NCBI GenBank assembly: GCA_035717985.1
Contig: DASTHW010000014.1
Span: 145,691 to 209,690, forward strand
Direction of reading: 5' to 3'
Length of the DNA stretch: 64,000 nucleotides
Source: Candidatus Saccharimonadales bacterium
GTDB lineage: Bacteria; Patescibacteriota; Saccharimonadia; Saccharimonadales; UBA10212
The notes under the pieces were generated by a model. That model was not told the origin of the DNA. It saw only the letters and a list, made by a program, of their open reading frames with translations, and ran no database searches. Positions 1 through 9,730 of this stretch are shown one piece after another. Positions within the stretch are counted from its first letter, which is position 1; the number at the start of each line of letters is the position of its first letter. A program made the translations under genes and the position numbers.

Positions 1-3000
1 GCGAACTGCTAAAGCAATACGGCGAGGGGCTGATTGTTTTGTCCGGCTGTATCGGCGGCCAGGTCAGCGACTATCTGCGCCAGGGTCAGTATGATTTAGC
101 TTTTGAGACAGCCAAGTGGTACAAGGAAACTTTTGGCGACCGCTATTATATAGAGCTTCAAGATCACGGACATCCCGCCCACCCCACGGCCTGGGATGAG
201 CAGACTAAAGTCAACGACCAACTGCTGAAAATTGCTGGTAAGCTAAAAATACCAGCGGTAGTTACCTGCGACGCCCACTATCTAAATCACGAAGACCAAG
301 AGGCTCACGAAATTTTGCTCTGCGTACAGACCGGAGCTTTTTTAGCCGATGAGCAGAGGTTTAGTCTCAAAGAGTTTGAACTGCATGTAGCCGACCCTAA
401 AGACATAATTGCCCGCTGGGGCGCTGAGCACCCCGAGCTGATAACCAACACAAGAAAAATCGCTGAGCGCTGTAACTTAGAAATTGAACTAGGCAAGATC
501 TTGATTCCGCAGTTTCCGGTGCCGAGCGGTGAAACCGAAAAGGGCCTGCTGGAAAAACTGGTATGGCAGGGGCTAGCTTGGCGCTACGGTGGTAAACCCC
601 GCCCGTCTGCCAGAAAATTGAAAATAGCTGAAATCAAAAAACTGTTAACAAAAGAAATTATCGAACGGGCCCAGTACGAGCTATCGGTGGTAGACCGGAT
701 GGGCTTCAACGGCTACTACCTGATTGTGGCCGACTTTATCAACTGGGGTAAGGATAACGGTATTGTTTTTGGCCCAGGCCGGGGGAGTGCCGCCAGCTCC
801 ATCATGGCTTACGCCCTACGGATTACTGAAATTGACCCGATGGCTTATAGGTTACTGTTTGAGCGGTTTTTAAACCCCGGGCGCATCAGCATGCCGGATA
901 TGGATATCGACATTCAGGACAGCCGCCGTGATGAAGTCATAGACTACTGTATAAAAAAATACGGTCGGGAGAGGGTGGCAAACATTGTTACCTTTGGCCG
1001 GATGGCCGCCCGAAACTCAGTCCGCGATGTAGCTAGAGTTCTGCAGGTGCCGTATGCCGAAGCCGACCGGCTAGCTAAAATGATTCCGCCGCCAATTCAA
1101 GGCCGGCATACGCCGCTAGCAGACTCGTTAAAAGAAGTTAGCGAGCTAAAGGCGGAAAATGCGGATAACCCCCAGTCTGCCAGAGTGTTTGATTTAGCTA
1201 CCAAACTGGAAGGCACAATCCGGAGTCACGGAGTGCACGCCGCCGGCGTGGTAATTGCGCCGCAAGAAATAGTCAACTATTCACCGCTGGAAATGGCCCA
1301 AAAAGGGGTTATAACAACCCAATATTCAATGGGCCCGATTATGGATGACATCGGCCTGCTTAAAATGGACTTTTTGGGTCTGTCTAATCTGACCATTATT
1401 AAAAACGCGCTGAGAATCATAAAGCGGGTTTACGGCAAAGAAATTAAAATTGATTCCATTCCGCTGGATGACCCGGCCGTTTTTGAGCTAATGCGCCGTG
1501 GAGAGACTACTGGTATCTTTCAGTTTGAATCAGCCGGCATGGTGCGCTATCTAAAAGAGCTTAAGCCAAATCAGTTTGACGACATTATTGCCATGAACGC
1601 TCTTTACCGCCCTGGGCCAATGGCTGAGATTCCAGGCTTTATTAAGGGCAAAAATAATCCTAACAGCATTAGCTACCCACACCCCAGCCTAGAGCCGATT
1701 CTAAAGGATACTTACGGCGTTATAGTTTATCAGGAGCAAATTATCGGTCTGCTTCAGCTGATTGCCGGCTACTCGCCCGGCGAGGCCGATTTGGTTCGAA
1801 AGGCTATTGGTAAGAAAAAGCGCGATATCATGAAAGCCGAAGAGCCAAGGTTTATTACCGGCTGTCTGAAGCAGGGATTAAGCAAGGCGGGCGCAGAAAA
1901 ACTGTGGGGCCTAATCCAGCCGTTTGCTGATTATTCTTTCAATAAAGCTCACGCCGCCTGCTATGCACTAATTGCTTACCAAACAGCCTATTTAAAAGCT
2001 CATTATCCCACAGCTTTTATGGCGGCGCTGATGACTAGCGACTATGACAATATAGACCGCCTAGCTATCGAGATTAACGAGTGTCGGCGGATGGGGATTG
2101 AGGTGCTGGCGCCAGACATAAACGAATCATTCCATGAATTTGCCATTGTGCCAGGTAAGAATCAAGTACGTTTTGGCCTTGATGCTGTCAAAAATGTTGG
2201 CCACGGCGCGGCTGAGGAAATTTTGCAGGCTCGCGAGCGGGTTGGCGGTAAGATTAAAAGCCTGGAAGATTTTTATAAAGCCGTTAACCCCTCGGTGGTT
2301 AACCGTAAGGCCCTAGAAAGCTTAATCAAATCAGGCGCCCTAGATTCTCTTGGCGAGCGGAGCGTTTTGCTGGCTAACTTAGAGCAGATTTCAGCATTGT
2401 CAAACCAGCACCACAAGCGGCTAGCTAGCGGCCAGGTTGATTTATTTGGCGATTCGGTCGCCGCCGAGCCGCTAAAGCTGGTTTTGGCTAATCCGGCTGA
2501 AATTATTGATAGTCACCAGCAGTTAGTCTGGGAGCGCGAGCTACTCGGACTCTATCTGAGCCGACACCCGCTGGAAGATTATGAAATAATTTTGGCAGAA
2601 TCGTGCACGCCTATTTCTGCGCTAACACCAGCTATGGAGGGCCGTACGGTGACAGTGGGCGGTGCCGTGTCTGACGTACGGTCTATCACTACCAAAAACG
2701 GCTCGAAAATGGCCTTTGTAAAAATTGCCGATAAAGATGGTGAAATTGAAGTGGTGGTTTTTCCTAAATCATTCGAAAAGACGAGCGAACTCTGGCTGGT
2801 AGATAAAGTAGTGGTCATATCCGGCAGGGCCGACAGCCGGGACGGCGAGGTAAAAGTAATCGCCGAGTCAGCTAGAATTATTTCACTGGAAGATGCTAAA
2901 AGCTACCAGCCTACCGGCCGGCGGCCAGGGGCTAGACCTTCTTCAGTCTCAGAGGTTAAAAATGAGTCACCTCGGCTTTACATCCGCATGCTAGATAGCT

Positions 3001-3185
3001 CTAACCAGGAGCAGTTAATAAACCTCAAGGATAAACTGGACGGCTACCGGGGCGAAAATGAAGTAGTCTTAGTCACCGGCCCTAATAAACAGGCCATTAA
3101 GCTACCGCAAAAAGTTACTATTTCTGAAGAAAGCGTTAGAGAGCTAGCCGGCATTTTTGGCTCAACAAACGTAGTCGTCCGCTAA
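1..3185 (+). CDS. dnaE: DNA polymerase III alpha subunit, 5' end outside window
   Basis: The frame is open from nt 3 (ELLKQYGEGLIVLSGC...), so the TTG at 39 is not the true start. The translation shows DnaE core motifs (FGPGRGSAASS, MPDMDIDI) and a C-terminal OB-fold-like region. Confidence 0.95.
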   Translation, partial: ELLKQYGEGLIVLSGCIGGQVSDYLRQGQYDLAFETAKWYKETFGDRYYIELQDHGHPAHPTAWDEQTKVNDQLLKIAGKLKIPAVVTCDAHYLNHEDQEAHEILLCVQTGAFLADEQRFSLKEFELHVADPKDIIARWGAEHPELITNTRKIAERCNLEIELGKILIPQFPVPSGETEKGLLEKLVWQGLAWRYGGKPRPSARKLKIAEIKKLLTKEIIERAQYELSVVDRMGFNGYYLIVADFINWGKDNGIVFGPGRGSAASSIMAYALRITEIDPMAYRLLFERFLNPGRISMPDMDIDIQDSRRDEVIDYCIKKYGRERVANIVTFGRMAARNSVRDVARVLQVPYAEADRLAKMIPPPIQGRHTPLADSLKEVSELKAENADNPQSARVFDLATKLEGTIRSHGVHAAGVVIAPQEIVNYSPLEMAQKGVITTQYSMGPIMDDIGLLKMDFLGLSNLTIIKNALRIIKRVYGKEIKIDSIPLDDPAVFELMRRGETTGIFQFESAGMVRYLKELKPNQFDDIIAMNALYRPGPMAEIPGFIKGKNNPNSISYPHPSLEPILKDTYGVIVYQEQIIGLLQLIAGYSPGEADLVRKAIGKKKRDIMKAEEPRFITGCLKQGLSKAGAEKLWGLIQPFADYSFNKAHAACYALIAYQTAYLKAHYPTAFMAALMTSDYDNIDRLAIEINECRRMGIEVLAPDINESFHEFAIVPGKNQVRFGLDAVKNVGHGAAEEILQARERVGGKIKSLEDFYKAVNPSVVNRKALESLIKSGALDSLGERSVLLANLEQISALSNQHHKRLASGQVDLFGDSVAAEPLKLVLANPAEIIDSHQQLVWERELLGLYLSRHPLEDYEIILAESCTPISALTPAMEGRTVTVGGAVSDVRSITTKNGSKMAFVKIADKDGEIEVVVFPKSFEKTSELWLVDKVVVISGRADSRDGEVKVIAESARIISLEDAKSYQPTGRRPGARPSSVSEVKNESPRLYIRMLDSSNQEQLINLKDKLDGYRGENEVVLVTGPNKQAIKLPQKVTISEESVRELAGIFGSTNVVVR

Positions 3186-3188
3186 GAT

Positions 3189-4109
3189 TTATTGCACTAG
3201 GCCAGCTGTGCGGCTGAGAGTAAATAAAGCTAAAACAATCAATACTAAACCTAGATCCATTAGCGGGTGGGAAGCTACATAGGTTTCACCCTGGATTAAA
3301 GCTCTCCGCAGGCTAAAGAGGTGCCGCCCAATCCAGATACCGAGCACCAGTAGGCCGCCGCCTAGAGCCACCAAATCGGCGTAATTGACAAGCGGTGTCC
3401 GGGCTAGTGCCAACTGCGCCCGGCTGGTATCCACCGTTTTAACCGGCAAATTGGGTGAGCCCGAGCTAAGCAGATTAGCGCCAGTAACCGGTACGCTGGC
3501 GGTCTCCGGTTCGCCATAAAAGGCTACGACAATGGTCATTGGGCCGCCGCCTACGGCTTTGTAGTTAGGTACGTTGGCCCAGCCAAAGCCCACTTGGCTG
3601 AAAGACGGATCCAGCATATTGGCCCGGTGCTCTGGGCTGGCCATCCAACCATTTATGGTAGCTAGCGAATCTGAGAAGCCGGTGGCTAAGTTCTCGCCCA
3701 GTTTTTGATATTGATAATCTTGGGCCTGCACAAAAACCCACGGCGGATTGCCGTCCGGCGTGTCGTGGCTCCAATAGTCGCGGTTGGCCATATCTACGGC
3801 TTTGGCCTGCGCGGCTCGGGCAAGCTCCGTGTTTAGGCTTAAGGGTTTATCGCCGCCGGCTTGGCGGTCTTGGTTGGTATCATTTAGCAAATCATTAGCA
3901 CTGATGCTGCTGGCATAAGCCAGTACCCGGCTGGCGGGGTGTGAAATCATGGTTCGAAGGAGGCCATTTTGGGCCGATACGGCCGCCAGGGCCACCACCA
4001 TCGCAAAAACCGGTATGTAGGGCCAATAAACCTTTTCAAACGACCGCTTGCTGACGCCTTTTGGTTTATGCCGGTGAGAGGTAGTATGACTTTTTATTTT
4101 GGCGGACAT
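3189..4109 (-). CDS. membrane-anchored CAP/SCP (PR-1-like) domain protein
   Basis: 306 aa with an N-terminal TM helix (YIPVFAMVVALAAV) and a CAP-domain signature (YWSHDTPDG...NGWMASPEHRANML). The C-terminus is hydrophobic. Confidence 0.75.
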   Translation of the reverse strand: MSAKIKSHTTSHRHKPKGVSKRSFEKVYWPYIPVFAMVVALAAVSAQNGLLRTMISHPASRVLAYASSISANDLLNDTNQDRQAGGDKPLSLNTELARAAQAKAVDMANRDYWSHDTPDGNPPWVFVQAQDYQYQKLGENLATGFSDSLATINGWMASPEHRANMLDPSFSQVGFGWANVPNYKAVGGGPMTIVVAFYGEPETASVPVTGANLLSSGSPNLPVKTVDTSRAQLALARTPLVNYADLVALGGGLLVLGIWIGRHLFSLRRALIQGETYVASHPLMDLGLVLIVLALFTLSRTAGLVQ

Positions 4110-4144
4110 TTACCCCTATTTTACTTATGTCTAAGTGTGTTTGT

Positions 4145-4645
4145 CTATGTTCTAGTCCGTAAATCATACATGGCGATGGCGGCGGCCGAGGCGACGTTCA
4201 AAGACTCTTTGGTGCCCAGCATGGGTATTTCGATTATTTTATCGACGGTGCGCAAGACTTCCGGCTCAATACCTTCTACCTCCCGCCCGACAATGATTGC
4301 CAGTTTGGGTCCTGGTTGAAAATCATTTAAGGGAATCGACTTTCTGGATTGCTCGAGCGCGGTTATTTGAAATCCTTCTGCCCGCAGTTGTTCCAGCAGT
4401 TTAAAAATATCGCCATGGTGGACAAGGGGAACCGTCTTTTCAGCGCCTAGGGCGGTTTTAGCAATTTGTTTAGTGGCTTTGTCGGCTAGGTGGGGCAGGC
4501 GCGGATCATCCGCCTGTTTCGGGTAAGGGCTGTAGCCGGATAGATATACCTGATCTATTGCAAAAGCATCGGCACTTCTTAAAATACTGCCGACATTGTG
4601 GGCAGAGCGAAGATTATGAGCAATTAAAACAATTTTGGCTGGCAT
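4145..4645 (-). CDS. SpoU/TrmH-family RNA 2'-O-methyltransferase
   Basis: 166 aa with SPOUT motifs (HNVGSILRSADAF, IVGREVEGI, IPMLGTKESLNVASAAAIAMY). Confidence 0.85.
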   Translation of the reverse strand: MPAKIVLIAHNLRSAHNVGSILRSADAFAIDQVYLSGYSPYPKQADDPRLPHLADKATKQIAKTALGAEKTVPLVHHGDIFKLLEQLRAEGFQITALEQSRKSIPLNDFQPGPKLAIIVGREVEGIEPEVLRTVDKIIEIPMLGTKESLNVASAAAIAMYDLRTRT

Positions 4646-4710
4646 TATGGCCGTATTATAGCTTTTCAGTGGTAGGCGCTGGTAACGCTTATGCTCTATA
4701 CTAGTGGCTA

Positions 4711-6309
4711 ATGGGTGGCGAGCGTCAAAAAGAAGAATTGTCTACCGAGCGCCGGGCGGCGCTTTTGGGTTTTAAATACGTCGATACCAGCAAGGTTCAA
4801 AAACAGCTTTATAAAACTATCCTATCGGTACCCGAGCTTTATTCTGACCGAGTGGTGCCGCTGGTAGCCGATGAACACTATATAAATTTCGGCATTACGA
4901 CTACCACCTCCCAGCAGACTCTAAACGGCCTGCGCCAGCGTTTTACTGACCAGCGCCTGGAATTTTCGATCATTAGCGACAGCGGCTGGCAGGAGTATAT
5001 GCACCTTTATGATCCGCCCAAAAAGATTGAATATCAGGATATCGATATTGCCTCTGTCGACGATGCCAAAAAGCGCCTAGAGCAAGTCAGTGCCACGCTG
5101 GAGAAGGTCCGCCCCGACGACATGCTGGCTTATTTAGTTCAGCAAGCCTACCAGCTAAAAGCCAGCGACATCCATCTAGAAAACCAGCGCGATGATGTGC
5201 GGGTGCGCTTTCGGGTAGATGGGGTCCTGCATCCGGTAGCTAATCTCAGCCGTGAAAAATACCGCCACCTAGTTAGCTCGATTGCCAGCTCGGCTAATGT
5301 CTCTACCGACGCCCGCGACGCCCAATCCGGCCACATCAGCCGCGGCTTTACGCTGGCCACCGGCGAGCAGGTAACGGTTAACCTTCGGGTCGAGACCGTG
5401 CCGGCCGTATACGGCATGGACGTTGTAATGCGTCTGTTTAATCTAAAGCTCGAGTATTTCCAGCTGGATAATTTGGGTTTGGACTCAGCTGAGGCGGCTG
5501 TAGTTCAAGATATCATCGCCCACCCCACCGGCATGGTGATGGTGGTGGGCCCAACCGGCTCAGGCAAAACTACTACGCTATATTCAATTATTAACACCTT
5601 AAATAAGCCGGAGCGAAAAATTATCACCCTGGAAGATCCGGTGGAATATAACCTGCCGGGGGTGGTGCAGATACCGGTCGAGGGTCAGCTGGAGGGCCAG
5701 GGCTTTGCCGAAAAACTGCGGGCGGTACTTAGGCTGGACCCAGATGTAGTCATGGTTGGTGAAATCCGCGACCCCGATACTGCCAAAACGGCTCTTCAAG
5801 GGGCGCTGACCGGCCATCTGGTGCTATCTACTTTTCACGCCGCCAGCGCCGTGGCGGCCCTGACCCGCCTTCAGGATATGGTGGGCGCTAACCCGTTGTT
5901 TGCCAGTGCCATCCGTCTGATAATGGCCCAGCGGCTGGTGCGCCGCCTAGACGACGCTACCAAGCAGGCTTACCAGCCCGACCAGGCCTTAAAAGATAAA
6001 TTAAAAGAGGTTATTGACAGCCTGCCGGCTAGTATAGAAAGGCCGAACCTAGACTCCTTAACTCTCTATAAACCCGGCAGTTCAGCGGCTAACCCGTTTG
6101 GCTTTACCGGCCAGCTAGCCATCCGCGAGCAGTTAGTAATGACCCCTGGCGTGCAGGCTCTTTTAGGCGGCAGTTTAAATGAGGCTAACACTGATTCTTT
6201 ACAGGCCCAGGCTGTTAGCGAAGGCTTAAAAACCATGCTAGCCGATGGCGTACTTAAAGCCATTGCCGGTTTAACTACCATTGAAGAAGTCTACCGTGTC
6301 GCCGGCTAG
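4711..6309 (+). CDS. pilB: PilB/GspE-family secretion/type IV pilus assembly ATPase
   Basis: 532 aa with Walker A (GPTGSGKTTT), Walker B (VMVGEIRD) and a His box (GHLVLSTFH). No other pilus genes are adjacent. Confidence 0.85.
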   Translation: MGGERQKEELSTERRAALLGFKYVDTSKVQKQLYKTILSVPELYSDRVVPLVADEHYINFGITTTTSQQTLNGLRQRFTDQRLEFSIISDSGWQEYMHLYDPPKKIEYQDIDIASVDDAKKRLEQVSATLEKVRPDDMLAYLVQQAYQLKASDIHLENQRDDVRVRFRVDGVLHPVANLSREKYRHLVSSIASSANVSTDARDAQSGHISRGFTLATGEQVTVNLRVETVPAVYGMDVVMRLFNLKLEYFQLDNLGLDSAEAAVVQDIIAHPTGMVMVVGPTGSGKTTTLYSIINTLNKPERKIITLEDPVEYNLPGVVQIPVEGQLEGQGFAEKLRAVLRLDPDVVMVGEIRDPDTAKTALQGALTGHLVLSTFHAASAVAALTRLQDMVGANPLFASAIRLIMAQRLVRRLDDATKQAYQPDQALKDKLKEVIDSLPASIERPNLDSLTLYKPGSSAANPFGFTGQLAIREQLVMTPGVQALLGGSLNEANTDSLQAQAVSEGLKTMLADGVLKAIAGLTTIEEVYRVAG

Positions 6310-6360
6310 AGCATATAAGGTTGATTTTTAAGGTGTTTTTCGCTAGAATAATCTAGATTT

Positions 6361-6960
6361 ATGCAAAGTGTGGCGCAGAAAATTCAGGCCAAGTATCAAA
6401 AGAAAGCCGTCGTTGATGTAAAAAGCGGCGATACGGTTCGTGTGCACCAAAAAATTGTTGAGGGCGGCAAAGAGCGGGTTCAAATTTTTGAAGGCCTAGT
6501 AATTAAAGTATCCCGGCGCGCCAGCCTTACTCAAAGCTTTACAGTCCGGCGGATTGCCAGCGGCGTGGGTGTTGAAAAAACGTATCTGATTCACTCGCCT
6601 AACGTTTTAAAAATAGAGGTGGTTAGGCGAAGTAAGGTCCGCCGCAATTACCTAAGCTATATGCGCGGCCTTACCGGCAAAAGTGCCCGCTTGAGCGGAG
6701 TTGACTTTGACCGCCGGGCAGTTAATGCCGTACACGACGAGCAGGCCGAGGCTGAAGAAGCCAAGCTACATGAGCAAGCTGAGAGCCAGCACGAGGCGGC
6801 TGAAGCTGAAAAAACAGCTGAAAAGCAAGCCGAAGAAACCAAGGTAGCAGAAGCACTAGCCGCCCGCCAAACTGACGCCGAGAAGATTGAAAATCAGCCC
6901 GCTACCAAAAGCGACGCTAAAGCTCCGGCTGAGCCCCAAAACAAAGAAGAAAAGTCTTAG
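6361..6960 (+). CDS. rplS: 50S ribosomal protein L19 with long A/E/K-rich C-terminal extension
   Basis: The L19 core (VRVHQKIVEGGKERVQIFEGLVI...) occupies the first ~115 aa. About 80 further low-complexity residues follow. A TTGATT-17-TAGAAT promoter lies at 6321-6349. Confidence 0.9.
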   Translation: MQSVAQKIQAKYQKKAVVDVKSGDTVRVHQKIVEGGKERVQIFEGLVIKVSRRASLTQSFTVRRIASGVGVEKTYLIHSPNVLKIEVVRRSKVRRNYLSYMRGLTGKSARLSGVDFDRRAVNAVHDEQAEAEEAKLHEQAESQHEAAEAEKTAEKQAEETKVAEALAARQTDAEKIENQPATKSDAKAPAEPQNKEEKS

Positions 6961-7469
6961 TAAAGAATAAAAAACGTCCGTCCGGAACTGGGCAGGCGCC
7001 TAACGGCTACGCCGCTGGCATAGGCTACGCCGGCTGAGACCGGTTCGCCTCTTCTGGTAACGGCAAAACCGTGGCCGGCTAACGGGTCGAACTGATAGAC
7101 CGCAAAATCTCCAGCCTCATTTATATCTCCATTGCCGTACATCATTAGACTGACGTGCCGGTCATCGTCAACTACCGGCACGGCGGTGGTCCGTACTAAA
7201 CTAAACGGCTCGCGTGTGGCTAGTAGTGAAGAGCTGTCCGGCCTAGCTAGGTGTCTAGTTTGATATGTTATTGGTTCTGCTGGGGTCACTTCTATAACTA
7301 ACGATTCGTCTATCAAGACCGTGAGGTCTCTTGGCTCGACTGCTGGATTACTGCTTAAAATATCCTCCATATCAATAAGGCACCGACGGAGATTATCCTT
7401 CAGTTCGTCGCCTTTTGAGATCGCCTCTTGCTCTTGGCGGCTGGGTCCTGAGTTTGCTTCACCCATCAT
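6957..7469 (-). CDS. hypothetical protein (170 aa)
   Basis: Long ORF with no competing frame and no recognisable domain. It is convergent with rplS and overlaps it by 4 nt. Confidence 0.5.
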   Translation of the reverse strand: MMGEANSGPSRQEQEAISKGDELKDNLRRCLIDMEDILSSNPAVEPRDLTVLIDESLVIEVTPAEPITYQTRHLARPDSSSLLATREPFSLVRTTAVPVVDDDRHVSLMMYGNGDINEAGDFAVYQFDPLAGHGFAVTRRGEPVSAGVAYASGVAVRRLPSSGRTFFILY

Positions 7470-7531
7470 TGATACAGAATTTTGGCATAAGCAATCGTGG
7501 GCGCGAAGTAATATTTGTTACACTTATCTTT

Positions 7532-8110
7532 ATGGACGGGGAAGTTGGTATAGATGAGGTGGGTAGGGGGTGTCTAGCCGGACCGCTTTTGGTCGTAGCG
7601 GCAAGGGTAAACGGGGCTCTTCCCCTGGGGATCAAAGACTCAAAATTACTGACTCGCTCTCAACGAGAAGCTATATATCAACTGCTAATTACTAACTGCC
7701 AATTTGGCGAAGGCTGGGTAAAACCAGCTGAAATTGACCGGCTGGGGCTAACCGCGGCCACCCGGCTAGGCGTCCGCCGAGCGTTAAAAGACCTAGGCGT
7801 CTCTAAGATATCGACCATTATCATTGACGGCAACATAAACTACGCGCCAAGCTCTTATAAGAATGTACAAGTGCTTATTGACGCCGACGCGCTGGTGCCA
7901 ATAGTCAGTGCCGCCAGCATTTATGCCAAGGTTATCCGTGACCAGCACATGCGCCGCCTGGCGGCTAAGTATCCGCATTACGGGTGGTCTACTAATGTTG
8001 GCTACGGCACGGATTTTCACCTGAGAGCCCTTAGCCGGCTGGGCCCAGTCAAATACTTACATCGGCAAAGCTTTGCGCCACTGCGTTTATCCGCGGAGGC
8101 GGCCGAGTGA
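7532..8110 (+). CDS. rnhB: ribonuclease HII
   Basis: GIDEVGRGCLAGPL motif. I placed the start at ATG 7532, behind TGtTACACT (7516-7524), rather than the ORF-track start 7415, which overlaps the divergent gene. Confidence 0.9.
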   Translation: MDGEVGIDEVGRGCLAGPLLVVAARVNGALPLGIKDSKLLTRSQREAIYQLLITNCQFGEGWVKPAEIDRLGLTAATRLGVRRALKDLGVSKISTIIIDGNINYAPSSYKNVQVLIDADALVPIVSAASIYAKVIRDQHMRRLAAKYPHYGWSTNVGYGTDFHLRALSRLGPVKYLHRQSFAPLRLSAEAAE

Positions 8111-8460
8111 GCAGGCCCAGCCCGACTAGCCTCGGTAAAGCCGCCGAGGAGGCCACCGCCGAATACCTACGCAAAGGTAGTTATGAAATCTTAGAGCTTA
8201 ACTGGCGCCGGCGGACCTGCGAAATTGACGTTATCGCTAAAAAAGACGAGATTATTTACTTTGTTGAAGTGAAATACCGTACGGCCGCTAGCCAAGGTAG
8301 CGGGCTAGACTACATAACGCCAAAAAAGCTTAAGCAGATGCGCTTTGCCGCCAATTTTTGGGTGGCTGAGAATAATTGGCCTGGGGACTACCGGCTAATG
8401 GCGGCCGAGGTGGCGTCTGATAATTTAAAGCCAAAGCTTAGCAAGCTGGTTGAAGTCTAA
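8107..8460 (+). CDS. yraN: YraN-family (UPF0102) endonuclease-like protein
   Basis: 117 aa with the EIDVIAKKDEIIYFVEVKYR core. It overlaps the rnhB stop by 4 nt, which is the usual rnhB-yraN pairing. Confidence 0.85.
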   Translation: MSRPSPTSLGKAAEEATAEYLRKGSYEILELNWRRRTCEIDVIAKKDEIIYFVEVKYRTAASQGSGLDYITPKKLKQMRFAANFWVAENNWPGDYRLMAAEVASDNLKPKLSKLVEV

Positions 8461-8801
8461 ACAAAAAGTTCTTTTAAAAGTTCCGGTGGTCGATTTAGGC
8501 CACTCGCATGAATCTCCAGCTTAAGGCGGTATTCACCCGGGAAGACCAGTCCGGCTGTGTGAATGCGTGTTTGGCTCATAGTCGGCAAGTAGTTTATGCG
8601 GCTAACAGCTTGCTCGGTAACTTTATTTTTTTGAATATATTCTATTTTTGCCGCTAAGATTTTTAGCTCGGCGGTGTTAAGGGTAAAGCGTTTGTTTGGG
8701 CGCCCGGTCCGCCTGCCGGCTACCTCAAGATAGGTTCTGCCGCCGCTAGTTTTAATTTCCGCTGAGTCAGCTTTAAAGCTGGGCTGTCCGGGTTTAGCCA
8801 T
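8457..8801 (-). CDS. hypothetical protein (114 aa)
   Basis: ORF with its own extended -10 (TGCTACAAT on the minus strand at 8808-8816) 6 nt before the ATG. No recognisable domain. Confidence 0.55.
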   Translation of the reverse strand: MAKPGQPSFKADSAEIKTSGGRTYLEVAGRRTGRPNKRFTLNTAELKILAAKIEYIQKNKVTEQAVSRINYLPTMSQTRIHTAGLVFPGEYRLKLEIHASGLNRPPELLKELFV

Positions 8802-8818
8802 AGCTAAATTGTAGCAAT

Positions 8819-9460
8819 TTAATATTTAAGGTTAACCAGTTTCTGGATCTCACTTCGTAAAAATTGCATGAATGCGGGCTCATCATCCTTACTGGAGGGC
8901 GGATCTATCGGTTCCCCAAAGACAACTTCTGCCCGGTGACCGCGGACTGCCTGACCAAAAGTATCAACGCCACGAATGGCCGCAGGAATGGTAGGCGCGT
9001 CGCCCAAGTAGGCCCAACGGGCCACACCCGGAAACATTTCACCAAGTTCACTATTTTGCCGGCGAGTGCCCTCCGGCATAACGCCAACCAGGCGGTCGTC
9101 TTTTAGTCGTCGAACGACTTCCTTCATGGTCGAAGGCCCCGGGTTCTCCCGGTTAACTGGGATACTTTCCCATTTACTGAACAAAGTGCCCATAATAGGT
9201 GTGTCGTACACCTCTTTTTTGGCCACGATTGATAGATGCCTTTTGGGAATGGCGGTAGGTAACATAAAAATATCTAACCAGTGGCGATGGTTAGCCGCTA
9301 CCAGTGCTCGGCCCTCTTTGGGAATGTTTGCCTGCCCATAAACTTTCATACCTAGCAGTACTCTCTCTAGACCTCTAACCATTAAGTATGAGGATAGATA
9401 TAAAGACCAAGCCTTATCAACTTCGCCAAACGGCAAATTTTCCCTGGAAAATCTGGGCAT
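8819..9460 (-). CDS. plsC: 1-acyl-sn-glycerol-3-phosphate acyltransferase-like (LPLAT family)
   Basis: 213 aa with an HxxxxD motif (NHRHWLD) and an MPEGTR motif. Confidence 0.85.
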   Translation of the reverse strand: MPRFSRENLPFGEVDKAWSLYLSSYLMVRGLERVLLGMKVYGQANIPKEGRALVAANHRHWLDIFMLPTAIPKRHLSIVAKKEVYDTPIMGTLFSKWESIPVNRENPGPSTMKEVVRRLKDDRLVGVMPEGTRRQNSELGEMFPGVARWAYLGDAPTIPAAIRGVDTFGQAVRGHRAEVVFGEPIDPPSSKDDEPAFMQFLRSEIQKLVNLKY

Positions 9461-9610
9461 AGCGATATTTTTAACAGTAATCAGCTATTTTGTCCAAAGC
9501 TTGTGCTTAAAATAATCCTATACAGGCCGGCAAGCGTGTGCTAGTATTAAGTAGTTCAATCCGGCCGGAAAGGTCGGATTTTCACTTTTAAAGAACCAAA
9601 AAAGCATTTA

Positions 9611-9658
9611 CCAATTAACATATTTTCATTTAACAATTAATTATCAATTTACATTTGC
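9611..9658 (+). repeat. AT-rich CCAATTWACA-type repeats upstream of nusA
   Basis: CCAATTAACATATT lies at 9611-9624 and CAATTTACATTTGC at 9645-9658. The latter 14-mer recurs at 39901-39914. Confidence 0.4.
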
Positions 9659-9730
9659 AAGTACTCACAAGAGCGCTTTCAGGAAAGCTGGAAAATGGAA
9701 AATGATAAGAGAGAAACGGAGTGAAACGAC

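Noticed and set aside
3969-4319. 116-aa plus-strand ORF
   Set aside because: It is antisense across two well-supported minus-strand genes (the CAP-domain gene and the SpoU methyltransferase).
7415-7531. Upstream extension of rnhB
   Set aside because: It overlaps the divergent 170-aa gene. RNase HII homology and a -10 box support ATG 7532.
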